Shown piece by piece: positions 39,001 to 48,075 of a stretch of DNA of 64,000 bases. Origin of the DNA: Candidatus Latescibacterota bacterium (lineage in GTDB: Bacteria; Latescibacterota; UBA2968). Each line of letters opens with the position of its first letter. The stretch's first letter is position 1. Below the pieces are notes generated by a model. The model was not told the origin of the DNA. It saw only the letters and a program-made list of their open reading frames with translations, and searched no databases. The position numbers and the translations under genes are program-made. The stretch covers positions 3,552,001-3,616,000 of the forward strand of contig OZ242320.1 in NCBI GenBank assembly GCA_965208125.1, read 5' to 3'.

Positions 39001-39240
39001 AAACCACAACCGATCACGATTGTCCTGTAAAACAAAATGAACGCAGTCATCTACAAGACCATCCTGTTTGGTAAAATTCTTAAACTCGTCTCCATCGAAG
39101 CGACTAACGCCGTTATCCCATGTGGCGAACCAGAGATAGCCTTCGCTATCCTCGGCGATGTGTTCAATACGCATCCCTGTCAGGCCATCGGCTATTGAAT
39201 ACGTCCGCCAGGTGCCCGTACGGTCAAGTGATTTGATCAT
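36028..39240 (-). CDS. Sigma54 enhancer-binding protein with Reg_prop beta-propeller + Y_Y_Y sensor, paralogue 2 (GAFTGA)
   Basis: Same architecture as 32124-35318, with canonical GAFTGA. Confidence 0.9.
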   Translation of the reverse strand: MIKSLDRTGTWRTYSIADGLTGMRIEHIAEDSEGYLWFATWDNGVSRFDGDEFKNFTKQDGLVDDCVHFVLQDNRDRLWFGTLNGVCWYDGTDFHHLEDEGIAGRAVQFIFEDREGRIWCGGHRTLGYYDGTVFHDLIPLYLQYYEQPPSPQWPNQCRGIAQDPKGHMWFGFNYLIRFDGTSFHRYEEEEGFPPRILTSYAVGQDHTGKVWIGYREYENKLWCYADGSFQSVQVDLEGTLRKIQCDSEGRMWFSTSQGVFYQDGDGFNRFTSDDGLPHPAVKAVFHDREHQYWFATWGGGVLYDAHSISVFDLSAELFREVSEISHIVQDRRDDIWVGYAVPFLNRLEKSIFRFDGEHFAFVGTEDGFDINNCFAIYEDHDGDLWFGGINGLFHYDGKKLKKMQPTAGLGEGSISAIAQDSQGRFLFGHWENENKKRRRDLFVHPLRLICQQGEQFQTIFEKKKNKDPFSRIGTVIAGHNGEFYFYLIHQNFSDADKGFARWHPEDGLKFYGIENGLIDHNVNDLLLDRHGNLWVATQGGLACFDGSTFQSFTTEDGLPSNRIRCLLEDRRGHLWVGTDGGVAHYDGQIFQTIKSPHIGSVLKILEARDGNFYFGTAQNSLVRYRQRQTSPRVLLLQVVADQVYENPKEVIASTTDQQVTFEYKGMSFSTHPRDLLYVYRLEGYDPDWQPATRKTQAYYRNLSPGDYTFQVRAIDRDLNYSEMAQIQLSVEPDPRIEGLTATLNDQGDNEFIGQSEVLQQFQNKLIEVASTDITVLIIGETGVGKGLAARVLHALSHYCNGPFIQVNCGALPETLIDSELFGHERGAFTGAESRRLGKVELAKGGTLFLDEISDMAPQTQARMLRLLEEGTFERVGGSETLRVQARIVAATNRNLEDMVSAGVFREDLYYRFQVFPIFLPPLRERKEDIPHLAEFFKHRMATHLGKQIVPLTPEVIAVLQTCDWPGNVRELEHTIQRAVIVCHGSQIKVRELGLYGFRIEGPDLDRKRNTVTVSQDREVVPLDEFERHYILEVLKITNYQISGDRGAAALLGLPPSTLYGKMRKLGIKLP

Positions 39241-39457
39241 AAAAAAAACCTCATGATACAGGTAAAAATTTTAGTTCACATCGAATAACATATCGCGAAT
39301 ATAAAACCCTTCTTAATCTGTGTATTATAACCAAATTTCAAGAAAATTGTTGCGACTCACGAGCCTCCTTACCTGAAGAGTTGAACTGAAACTATCTGGT
39401 TTTTCATCATATTATTACCTCTTGATTTTTGAATTTTAAAACTATACATTTAGCAAT

Positions 39458-39543
39458 AGAGTGGGTTATGGTTTGTTGGACCATTCCCGTTCTGTATGTT
39501 GCGGCAGGGGGCCACAGGCTGACTACCAATCCGACAGGGCCTT
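39458..39543. repeat. 86-bp direct repeat, copy 2
   Basis: Matches 32038-32123. Confidence 0.9.
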
Positions 39544-39691
39544 CTGCCGTTTTTGCTGCAATGAAAAAATAAATTTCTGTTTTTTTAATCTGATATTAAA
39601 TAAAGTAAAAGTCAAGATTTTCTATATTGTTACCCGTTTTTTAGGAGAAAAGGGCGCGTTCAAAACGCGTCCTTATTTTTGTACTATGGAT

Positions 39692-40510
39692 TTAAAAAAA
39701 GGGGAAAAGTTTTGGGATGTTGTCATTTGTGAGCGCGCTGCCGTATTCACAGCCTTCAAATGCTTCGGCGTATTGAATGCTCGAGCCGCGTTCTTGTCCG
39801 TAGTATTTGATCAATAGATCGCGATACCGATCTGCTACGGTGCGAAATTGATTGAGGCGATGCCGCAGCCATTCGCGGCGGTTTTGCGGCGATTCGGGTA
39901 CCTGGTCGAGGTGGCCCGCGTTAAAGGGCAACCATTCGTACATTTGCGATGTGTGGCAGTGTAGCATGTCGAGTTTTTTTTCGATGATATCGTCTATGGC
40001 TATGACGACATCGGGAGAAAATGGTTGCGGTTTTTGGAAGTTGTCGCTCAGGTACGCGATGACAGGGTTGTACGATAGGGCGGGAGTGTCTGTGCAGATG
40101 TTGGGCACGGTGACCATGTATGCCGAGTCCTGCACGAGGATAGATGTGTAGCGGTGATCGGGGTGGTAGTCGTTGGGGCGATGGGTCAGGATGAGGTCTG
40201 GCGTGTAGTTGCGAATCAGGCGGATGATTTTTTTGCGATTTTCAAGGGTGGGTTCAAGTTCGCCGTCGTGGTTGTCGATTACGTGGTATTCGATGCCAGC
40301 GACTGCACCTGCTGCCTGGGCTTCGGCGCGGCGGCGACGGGCGAGTTCAATGCCGCCGATTTCGTGATGGCCCGCGTCGCCGTTGGTGACAGAGACAAAT
40401 TTTACCTCGTGTCCGAGGTTTGCATATTTGATGGCGATGCCGCCCGCTTTGATATCGCAATCGTCAGGGTGGGCGCCAAAGACAATGATTTTCAGGGAAT
40501 GGTTGTTCAT
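39692..40510 (-). CDS. PIG-L family deacetylase
   Basis: GAHPDD, VTNGDAG, RRAEA, HPDH. Confidence 0.9.
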   Translation of the reverse strand: MNNHSLKIIVFGAHPDDCDIKAGGIAIKYANLGHEVKFVSVTNGDAGHHEIGGIELARRRRAEAQAAGAVAGIEYHVIDNHDGELEPTLENRKKIIRLIRNYTPDLILTHRPNDYHPDHRYTSILVQDSAYMVTVPNICTDTPALSYNPVIAYLSDNFQKPQPFSPDVVIAIDDIIEKKLDMLHCHTSQMYEWLPFNAGHLDQVPESPQNRREWLRHRLNQFRTVADRYRDLLIKYYGQERGSSIQYAEAFEGCEYGSALTNDNIPKLFPFF

Positions 40511-40519
40511 AGCAGTTCC

Positions 40520-41704
40520 TCAATTTAATGGGTTTTCATTTTTTCCATGCAGGCGATAGAGGCCCACACCGCAGGCGAGTGCGCCGAGACAAAATAAGAC
40601 GGAGAAGCCAAAGGGCCAGACGGGACCCCAGTCGATGAGTTTTCCGCCGCCGAGGCTGCCGGAGAGCATGCCCAGGCTCCAGGCGAGGTGGGCTGCGCCA
40701 ACGACGCGGCCTTTTTCGTCTTCGCGGGCGATCAATTGTATGAGGCCCGGCATGGTGGTTGAGAGAGACCAGGCCGAGGCAGTTGCGAGAATGCCAAAGG
40801 CATAAATGCCAACAAGAGTGTGCGCGGTCAGGGCAAGGCCAAGCGCGCTGATGGCGACGAGCGATGCGGATACGAGAATGGGTCGCCAGCGCCCAATGCG
40901 GTCGCAAAGCCGACCGGTGAGGACCTGAAAACAGGCCGCGATGATCAGGCTGATGGCAGTATAATTCGTGGCTTCGGTGCTGGTGCCCGCAATGCGAAAA
41001 ATGAGCAGGGGCAAGAGCAGGGTGACTGCGCCCCAATAGCTGGTGGGCAGGTAGCGGATGCCCAACAGGAGGCATACGTCGAGACGGCGGAACAGTTGTA
41101 TGAATGCGGATAAGTTGCGACCATTTTTACCAGATTTTGGCGAGGGTATCGCAGGGAGGGTCAGGATGCTCATCAGGATGAGCATTACCCCCGCAAGTGT
41201 GATGCAAAAACCGAGGGTTTGAAATCCATACGCATCGGCGATGGGGCCAGAGAGAAAATTTCCCGAAGCCGAGCCGAGGGTGTTGCCGAGAAAATAACCA
41301 GCCGATGCGATGCCGATGACAGACGATGGGGCTGCGCTGATGAGATAGCTTTGTCCTCCGGCGCTGTTAAATCCGGATGAGATGCCGATGCCGGTACACA
41401 GGGCGGTCAGGAGGAGGGGATCGCCGCTGTAAAAAATAACGCCGGCGAGAATAGGTCCCAAAGTGCCGAGGACGTAAACGGGTTTGACGCCCCAGGTATC
41501 GGCAAGGCGGCCCGCTGGTACGGCAAAGACACCGCCTAAAATGAGAAATGCTGCGCGCAGTCCTCCGGAAAAGAGGGGCGTGCCGAGCAGGTCTGCTTCG
41601 ACATATACAGGGAGGAGGGTGTTGAGGGGGGCAGAGACAAAGCTGCTAAAAAAAGAGACAATGAGCAGGGCGATGAAACGGCGATTGAGGAGTTGGGAAT
41701 ACAT
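40520..41704 (-). CDS. MFS transporter
   Basis: About 12 TM segments; GRLADTWG and GRLCDRIGR motif A. Confidence 0.9.
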   Translation of the reverse strand: MYSQLLNRRFIALLIVSFFSSFVSAPLNTLLPVYVEADLLGTPLFSGGLRAAFLILGGVFAVPAGRLADTWGVKPVYVLGTLGPILAGVIFYSGDPLLLTALCTGIGISSGFNSAGGQSYLISAAPSSVIGIASAGYFLGNTLGSASGNFLSGPIADAYGFQTLGFCITLAGVMLILMSILTLPAIPSPKSGKNGRNLSAFIQLFRRLDVCLLLGIRYLPTSYWGAVTLLLPLLIFRIAGTSTEATNYTAISLIIAACFQVLTGRLCDRIGRWRPILVSASLVAISALGLALTAHTLVGIYAFGILATASAWSLSTTMPGLIQLIAREDEKGRVVGAAHLAWSLGMLSGSLGGGKLIDWGPVWPFGFSVLFCLGALACGVGLYRLHGKNENPLN

Positions 41705-41730
41705 TTTTTAATTTTTTTTCATTTTCGCCC

Positions 41731-41761
41731 TTGACTCTCCAGTTACTGGAAGGTGTATATT
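41731..41761 (+). promoter_or_regulatory. MerR-type promoter (19-bp spacer with dyad)
   Basis: TTGACT-19 bp-TATATT; spacer contains the dyad TCCAG-TTA-CTGGA. Confidence 0.8.
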
Positions 41762-41803
41762 GTCCTTTGAAGGCCTTCAACACCCGTTACATGGAGAAAA
41801 TCC

Positions 41804-42616
41804 ATGCTCAAAATTGGAGAATTTTCCAGGCTTGTCAATGTGCCGGTTAAAACGTTGCGCTACTACGATGAGATCGGGTTGTTCAAATCCGATTGTATCG
41901 ATGAGCAAACCGGCTACCGCTTTTACTCATTCGAGCAACTCCCGCGGCTCAATCGCCTGCTGGCGCTCAAAGACCTGGGTATGTCGCTGAGCCAGATTGA
42001 TCAAATGCTGCAAGAAGACCTTTCGGCTGATCAACTTCGCGGTATGCTCTTGCTGAAACAGGTCGAACTCAAAGACCTCGCCGAAGATATCCGGGAACGC
42101 ATTGCCCGCGTGGGTGCTCGATTAAGTCTTATCGAAACGGAGGATAAAATGCCAGATTATGAAGTTGTCATCAAAACAGTGGAGCCGATCCTGGTCGCTT
42201 CCAAACAGGAGGCCATTCCCAACGTTGAAACCATCGGTTCTGTGATGGATCGCCTGTACAATGCGGTTGTCGGTCACATTGTGAAACACAAGGGACAGTT
42301 TGCAGGACCGGGCCTGACCTTGTGGCACGAATGGGGCGAAAATTTGCAAGCCGAGGCGACTTTGCCGATTAAAAAATCCATCCCAGAAGGTGATGGCGTC
42401 AAGGTCCAAGAGTTGCCAAGTGATCAAATGGCATGCCTGGTGCATCACGGAGGTTTTGAGGCGGTTCCGCGGGCCTATCAAGCGATCATTCAATGGATTG
42501 AGGCCAATGGCTATGAGATCACCGGGCCGAATCGGCAAGTGCATTTGCAATTTAGTCCCGATGGCGATCCGAAGGATTATGTGACGGAAATACAGTTCCC
42601 TATTGCAAAAGTATGA
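41804..42616 (+). CDS. MerR family regulator with GyrI-like ligand domain (BmrR/BltR-like)
   Basis: MLKIGEFSRL...TLRYYDEIGL...TGYRFY; C-terminal YVTEIQFP. Confidence 0.92.
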   Translation: MLKIGEFSRLVNVPVKTLRYYDEIGLFKSDCIDEQTGYRFYSFEQLPRLNRLLALKDLGMSLSQIDQMLQEDLSADQLRGMLLLKQVELKDLAEDIRERIARVGARLSLIETEDKMPDYEVVIKTVEPILVASKQEAIPNVETIGSVMDRLYNAVVGHIVKHKGQFAGPGLTLWHEWGENLQAEATLPIKKSIPEGDGVKVQELPSDQMACLVHHGGFEAVPRAYQAIIQWIEANGYEITGPNRQVHLQFSPDGDPKDYVTEIQFPIAKV

Positions 42617-42620
42617 GCAG

Positions 42621-42753
42621 GGGCGGGTTGAACAGCTATCGCAGTTGTACGTCGCTCAAAACCCGCCCGTACATCAGCGTCCGACAAGAGAAATACCGGG
42701 ATGGTTTTGTGTCCCGGTATTTTTTGTAGGGGTGGGTTTTAAACCCGCCCGTA
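42621..42753. repeat. Cluster of REP-like hairpins between convergent genes
   Basis: GGGCGGGTT...AACCCGCCC; ACCGGGA...TCCCGGT; GTAGGGGTGGGTTTTAAACCCGCCC. Confidence 0.6.
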
Positions 42754-43476
42754 TATGAAGTCCGATTTGAATTTTTCGATGCAGTCGTGGCGGGTGCCTT
42801 CAAAGAGGTAGATTTTGCCGCGTATAGTCGCGGTTTCTCCGGGCGCGAGGGCACCTGCGCGAATTGATTGGTGCATGCAGCGCCAGGGGTTGTGACCCTG
42901 AACGGAGAGATAGTCTGCCCAGGCTATGCCCGCCACCCATGTGCGATCTGTGGATTCGCGCATCAGAATGCCGCCTGTGGCATTGATGGGCGATGTGGGC
43001 CATTTGTCGGACCAGACGGTTTCGGTATCTATTGCGTTGCGAAATGTGTAGTTGTAGTGAATGTCGCGGTGGATGAGGGGGACCAGACCCTCTTCGGCGA
43101 GGAAATAGGTACGCTCGTGGTCGTCGTCAAAAAATGCCCGGGTTTCGGAGACTTCGGGCTGTTTGCCGGGGTTAAAGCAGGGGATGATGGCGGCAATTTC
43201 GGGCCAGGTGCGGTCGGTTTTGTTGGTGATAGAGAGCAGTAGATCCGCCCCATTTTCACGCCCCGTGACATTGAGACGCAGACCGAGGTCGGGGTGTTCG
43301 AGGACACCCGCATTGTCGTCCAGTGTTTTTTGCGGCACATGTACGCCACCCGTGTGCTGGCCCGGGTGTACGGCTTCAAACATGTTCCACTCGTAGAACC
43401 AGAGGTACATGGTTAAATCATTTCGTCCCTCGGGCGCGAATGAAAATCCGCGTCGCCATTTATTTAATGTGATCAT
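42739..43476 (-). CDS. Hypothetical protein
   Basis: 245-aa ORF filling the gap between recognisable genes; no family recognised. Confidence 0.65.
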   Translation of the reverse strand: MITLNKWRRGFSFAPEGRNDLTMYLWFYEWNMFEAVHPGQHTGGVHVPQKTLDDNAGVLEHPDLGLRLNVTGRENGADLLLSITNKTDRTWPEIAAIIPCFNPGKQPEVSETRAFFDDDHERTYFLAEEGLVPLIHRDIHYNYTFRNAIDTETVWSDKWPTSPINATGGILMRESTDRTWVAGIAWADYLSVQGHNPWRCMHQSIRAGALAPGETATIRGKIYLFEGTRHDCIEKFKSDFIYGRV

Positions 43477-43674
43477 TTTTTAGTAGTCAGTTTTCAGTAG
43501 TCAGTAGTCAGTTGGCCCACTCAACCGCCCAACCTACCAGCCCCCAGTCCCTTGCCTTTCATCCTGCCTATTTACCTATCTGCAACTTTTCCAACCGACA
43601 CAGCTTATTTTTTGCTCCAATTCTCTGCCCTACGGGTTTTATCCTGCTCATCCTTTCATCCTGCCTATCCTGAT

Positions 43675-44445
43675 TCAGACGATATTTTTTGCCATGCCAT
43701 TGGGCATGAAGATTTCGTGGCGTTTGGGGTCGGAGTAGCCTTCGATTTCCATGTGGGTGACGCCGGGGCTTTCGATAGCGGCTTTGACTATGTGTTTGTT
43801 AAATGTGCTAACAATTTCGCTTGAGAGATACTCCGGGACGGGCAACCAGAGGCATTCTTCGATTTCTTCAGCTTGGATAGAAATATCTTCGCTCAAGGGC
43901 GAGAGGCGGCAGACAAAGTAGATGTCCGATTTGTCATAGCGATAGCCGTGCCAGTGCCGGAAACAGACCAGTTTTTCAAATTTTGTGCGTACGCCTGTTT
44001 CTTCGAAGACTTCGCGTTGTACGCAGGTGGCAATGTGTTCGCCCGGGTGCAAAGCACCTCCGGGGAGTTTGTAATAGGGCGATTCAGAGCGGCGGTGCAA
44101 TTCGCTGACGACCAGGAGTTCTGCGCGCTCGTTGATGACGACTCCACCAGCGCCGATGTAATGCGTGGCGTATTCGGGTATGAGGGCGTTGGGTTCGAGG
44201 CGTTTGGTGAGCAAGAGGTAGTCTGTTCCCGAGTGGTGAAATGTAAATCCCGCTTGTGTTGCCACTGGAATGAGCGCGGCCCGTTCAATGGGGATGTTGA
44301 TCCAGACGACCTTAAATGCCTCGCGGTTCCATTCCCTGAGAGACGCGGAGAGGCGCGTGCGAAATTCCTCGGGATCGTGCGGCAGTGCTGCTGGGTCCAG
44401 TTCAATGCCCTGAAAGCGGTTTGGCGTGGCTTCGAGTATTTGCAT
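43675..44445 (-). CDS. NUDIX hydrolase (NUDT6-like, with N-terminal extension)
   Basis: GGALHPGEHIATCVQREVFEETGV Nudix box; GFTFHH; KSDIYFVC. Confidence 0.9.
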   Translation of the reverse strand: MQILEATPNRFQGIELDPAALPHDPEEFRTRLSASLREWNREAFKVVWINIPIERAALIPVATQAGFTFHHSGTDYLLLTKRLEPNALIPEYATHYIGAGGVVINERAELLVVSELHRRSESPYYKLPGGALHPGEHIATCVQREVFEETGVRTKFEKLVCFRHWHGYRYDKSDIYFVCRLSPLSEDISIQAEEIEECLWLPVPEYLSSEIVSTFNKHIVKAAIESPGVTHMEIEGYSDPKRHEIFMPNGMAKNIV

Positions 44446-44535
44446 GGATTACCTCGTTCATAGGATGGTGGTGAACCGACACATGGTACGGAACATCACA
44501 AAATCGGGCAAGGGGTTTGCGGTGGGCAGTTCTAC

Positions 44536-44564
44536 TTGACAGCGGTTATGGGGACAATCATATT
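44536..44564 (+). promoter_or_regulatory. Sigma70-type promoter
   Basis: TTGACA-17 bp-CATATT upstream of the SelA-like gene. Confidence 0.55.
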
Positions 44565-44639
44565 GAATAAAATCAAAAAATGATGTGCGAGGTTGAAACA
44601 GTTGATGGGTTGGAGGCGTTAAATTGAGGGAGGGGTAAC

Positions 44640-45836
44640 ATGGTATCTATTTTTGAACAGTTGGGCGTACGCACCATTATCAATGCTGCCGGGCCAGTTA
44701 CGCGTTTGAGCGGGGCACGCATGGATGAGGATGTGATCGATGCGATGCGCGAGGCATCGCAGGTGTGTGTGGATATAGCAGAGCTACAGGCAGGGGCAGG
44801 GAAGTTGATTGCCGAGGTGACTGGTGCCGAAGCCGGATATGTGACATCGGGTGCGGCGGCAGGGCTGGTGCTTGCAACGGCGGCGTGTGTTACGGGTATG
44901 GATCCGGGAAAGATGAACCGATTGCCCGATACGTCGGGGATGAAAAATGAGGTGATTATGCCCCGGTCGCATCGCAATTTTTACGATCACGCGGTGCGTT
45001 CAGTGGGTGTGACGCTCATTGAGGTGGGCATTCCCGACCGATTTAGCGGCGCGGGAGTGCGCGATACAGAGGTCTGGGAAATTGCGGATGCAATAACCAA
45101 TCAGACCGCGGCGATTGTTTATGTAGCGCAGTCTTTTGCGCAGCCGCCTTTGCCACAGGTGACGGCTGTGGCGCACAAACGCGGCGTGCCCGTCGTTGTC
45201 GATGCTGCAGGGCAGTTGCCGCCAGCGGCAAATTTGAAGCGGTTTATCAGCGAGGGTGCCGATGCGGTTTGTTTTAGCGGCGGGAAAACCATTGGCGGGC
45301 CTCAAGGTGCAGGCATTTTGTGCGGGCGCCGGGATCTGATTTCCTCGGCGGCATTGCAGCATCTGGATCTGGATGTGTATTATGATTTGTGGGCCCCACC
45401 CCCTGAATTGATCGATAAATCCGCGCTGCCGGGGGCGCCGCAACATGGGATTGGGCGACCGTGCAAGGTGGGGAAAGAGCAGATTGCGGGACTGATGGTT
45501 GCACTGCAAAAATTTGTCGCAGAAAGCGATGAGGCGCGGCAGGCCCGCTGGTCTCGGTGCCTCCAGGATTTGGCAGACGCGATGGGTGATTTGCCGGGGT
45601 GCGATATTAGCATGGATGCCTACCGCACAATACCCATTTTGCGGCTCGCTCTTTCTCCGGCGGAAAGAGGCGTGGAGGTGGCGCAGCAGTTAATGGAAGG
45701 TGATCCGAGTATTCATGTTAGTACATCGGGTGTTTACGATGGCGTGTTGATTTTTAATCCCATGTGTTTGTCAGAAGATATGATCAAACCGATTGCCAGT
45801 CGGTTAAAAGCGTTAATTACGAGTTGTGGTTCATAA
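44640..45836 (+). CDS. SelA-like PLP-dependent enzyme (DgaE-like)
   Basis: IINAAG.VT.LSG, VTSGAAAGL, VVDAAG, FSGGK, IGRPCKVGKE. Confidence 0.85.
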   Translation: MVSIFEQLGVRTIINAAGPVTRLSGARMDEDVIDAMREASQVCVDIAELQAGAGKLIAEVTGAEAGYVTSGAAAGLVLATAACVTGMDPGKMNRLPDTSGMKNEVIMPRSHRNFYDHAVRSVGVTLIEVGIPDRFSGAGVRDTEVWEIADAITNQTAAIVYVAQSFAQPPLPQVTAVAHKRGVPVVVDAAGQLPPAANLKRFISEGADAVCFSGGKTIGGPQGAGILCGRRDLISSAALQHLDLDVYYDLWAPPPELIDKSALPGAPQHGIGRPCKVGKEQIAGLMVALQKFVAESDEARQARWSRCLQDLADAMGDLPGCDISMDAYRTIPILRLALSPAERGVEVAQQLMEGDPSIHVSTSGVYDGVLIFNPMCLSEDMIKPIASRLKALITSCGS

Positions 45837-45904
45837 GTTTCCCAACCATTGTACGCAGGCTTTGCCTGAGCACTAATTCCCCCATTTTACAAAGGAGGCG
45901 TGCC

Positions 45905-46585
45905 ATGGGTGTTATCACTATTTCAAGGGAATACGGCAGTGATGGACGTACTGTTGCCCGGAAGGTCGCCGAGACACTGTCTTATCACAATATAGACAAA
46001 GATTTGCTCGTTGAGGTGGCACAAAAAGCCCAGGTGCCCGTGTCAGAAGTTGAACGCTATGACGAGTTGCCCGAACATCCCGCTCTGAGAATTTTGCGAA
46101 AATTTCTCACGCCTGGATACGCTGATACCTTGACGGGGTTGTCGGAATACGAGTGGTGGGCAGCGGCGACTGTGCCCGAGTTGTCCGACCACAGGGATCA
46201 GGCACTGATAACCATGGATGAAGAGGTGTACGCGAAGTTGACCGCAGAGGTGGAGATGCAGATGGCCGATCAGGGCGATGTGGTTATACTGGGCAGAGGT
46301 GGGCAGGCTGTGTTGAAAGACCGCGAAGATACGTTGCATGTGCGCGTAGTGGCGACGCAAAATTTTAAGCTGGATGTGGTAAAAGAGCGCGATCAATTGA
46401 CTAACGACGAGGATGCAATAAGGCGAATGAGAGGCGTGGATGAGCGCCGCAGGACGTACATCAAACGCCATTATAAGGTGAATTGGGATAATCCACATCT
46501 ATACTCTGTCATAGTGAATACCGGCTTTCTGGGCGTTGACGGAGCCGTAGATGCGATTGTTTGTGCTGCCCATAAGGTGTTGTGA
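45905..46585 (+). CDS. Cytidylate kinase-like family protein
   Basis: VITISREYGSDG, VVILGRG, D..R..Y; AAGGAGG RBS. Confidence 0.85.
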   Translation: MGVITISREYGSDGRTVARKVAETLSYHNIDKDLLVEVAQKAQVPVSEVERYDELPEHPALRILRKFLTPGYADTLTGLSEYEWWAAATVPELSDHRDQALITMDEEVYAKLTAEVEMQMADQGDVVILGRGGQAVLKDREDTLHVRVVATQNFKLDVVKERDQLTNDEDAIRRMRGVDERRRTYIKRHYKVNWDNPHLYSVIVNTGFLGVDGAVDAIVCAAHKVL

Positions 46586-46590
46586 CGCTA

Positions 46591-48003
46591 TCAAAGTCCC
46601 ATTTCTATATACGCCCGTGCGATTTTTTCTATGGCGATGACAAAAGCAGCAGTGCGTAAATCCGGCACATTGTCGCGCGAATTGCGGATTTCACTCATGG
46701 TTTGATAGGCAATGCTCATGGTGTCTTCAAGGCCAGAGCGCACGAGGTCCAGTTCATCTGAGCCGTAAGAGAGTCTTGCTTTGAGGTGGTCTGGAACGGG
46801 TTTGCCAACCATTTCTTCCAGGGCGGTGATGATTTGTGCGCCGCGATGTGCTTCGTGGCGTCTGTCCAGGCGTCCGAAGCGGATGTGTGAGAGGTTCTTG
46901 ATCCATTCAAAATAAGAAACCGTGACGCCGCCCGCATTGAGGTAGGCGTCGGGTATGATGGTTTTGCCGGCCTCGCGCAATATGTGGTCTGCCCTGTAAG
47001 TGACGGGACCATTGGCCGCTTCTGCTATTACTGGCGCTTTGATGCGTCTGGCATTTTCAAGTGTGATCTGACCTTCAACAGCGGCTGGTATGAGCACGTC
47101 ACATTCTGCTTCGAGCAGGCTTTTGCCATTTGCGACATACGTGGCTCCTGGAAAGTGTTTTAATGAACCGCATTCCGCGCGGTAAGCAGCGACTTCTTCA
47201 ATAGAGAATCCCTTCTCCGACAGGATTACCCCTTCGCGTTCAATAATGCCGATGATGCGCGCGCCACCTTCTTCTTCGAGAAATTTGGTCGCGTGAAAGC
47301 CCACGTTGCCCAATCCCTGTACGATTATGCGTTTGCCTTCCAAATTGCCTTTCAAGCCCGCATTTTTGACGTCTTCTGCGTTATTAAAAAATTCTTTGAT
47401 GCCGTAAAATACCCCGCGTCCGGTTGCTTCGACGCGCCCCTGAATACCGCCCTGAGAAAAGGGTTTGCCCGTTGTGCAGGCAATGGCGTTGATGTCTTCC
47501 GGGTGCAGGCTGCGATATGTGTCTGCGATCCAGGCCATTTCTCGTTCTCCAGTTCCCATGTCGGGTGCTGGGACGTTGAGGGCTGGATTGATATATCCCT
47601 TTTTGATCAATTCCTGTGCAAAACGTCGGGTAATGAGTTCGAGTTCCTGGTCGTCGTATTCTCGGGGATCAATGCACAGGCCCCCTTTGGCACCCCCAAA
47701 GGGCACATCCACGATCGCGCATTTGTACGTCATGAGTGCGGCGAGTGCTTCTACGTCATCTTGACTGACTGTAGGCGCGTAACGGATGCCTCCTTTGACG
47801 GGCAAGCGATGCTCGCTGTGAACAGAGCGCCATCCCGTGAAGATGCGATAGCTGTCGCGGAGTTTGACAAAGAAGCGCACCATGTAAATGTTGTTGTTGA
47901 TTTTGATCTGGTCGGCGAGTCCAGGGGGCAAATCGAGTGTTGCCACTGCGCGGTCAAACATGAGGTCAACGCTTTCTTTGAAGCTGGGTTCATGTGAGGC
48001 CAT
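46591..48003 (-). CDS. gdhA: Glutamate dehydrogenase (Glu/Leu/Phe/Val DH) with antenna-like insert
   Basis: PVKGGIRY, MTYKCA..DVPFGGAKGG, PAPDMGT, QGLGNVG, NAGGVTVSYFEW. Confidence 0.9.
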   Translation of the reverse strand: MASHEPSFKESVDLMFDRAVATLDLPPGLADQIKINNNIYMVRFFVKLRDSYRIFTGWRSVHSEHRLPVKGGIRYAPTVSQDDVEALAALMTYKCAIVDVPFGGAKGGLCIDPREYDDQELELITRRFAQELIKKGYINPALNVPAPDMGTGEREMAWIADTYRSLHPEDINAIACTTGKPFSQGGIQGRVEATGRGVFYGIKEFFNNAEDVKNAGLKGNLEGKRIIVQGLGNVGFHATKFLEEEGGARIIGIIEREGVILSEKGFSIEEVAAYRAECGSLKHFPGATYVANGKSLLEAECDVLIPAAVEGQITLENARRIKAPVIAEAANGPVTYRADHILREAGKTIIPDAYLNAGGVTVSYFEWIKNLSHIRFGRLDRRHEAHRGAQIITALEEMVGKPVPDHLKARLSYGSDELDLVRSGLEDTMSIAYQTMSEIRNSRDNVPDLRTAAFVIAIEKIARAYIEMGL

Positions 48004-48075
48004 AAGTATTTCTCCTGAAGGTGAAATGTGAGACGAAAGACGTGAGACCAGGCATCCCCTCTTACCTCTTTCGTC

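Noticed and set aside
44640-45836. Selenocysteine synthase selA
   Set aside because: Lacks the SelA N-terminal domain and selB/selC context; better called SelA-like.
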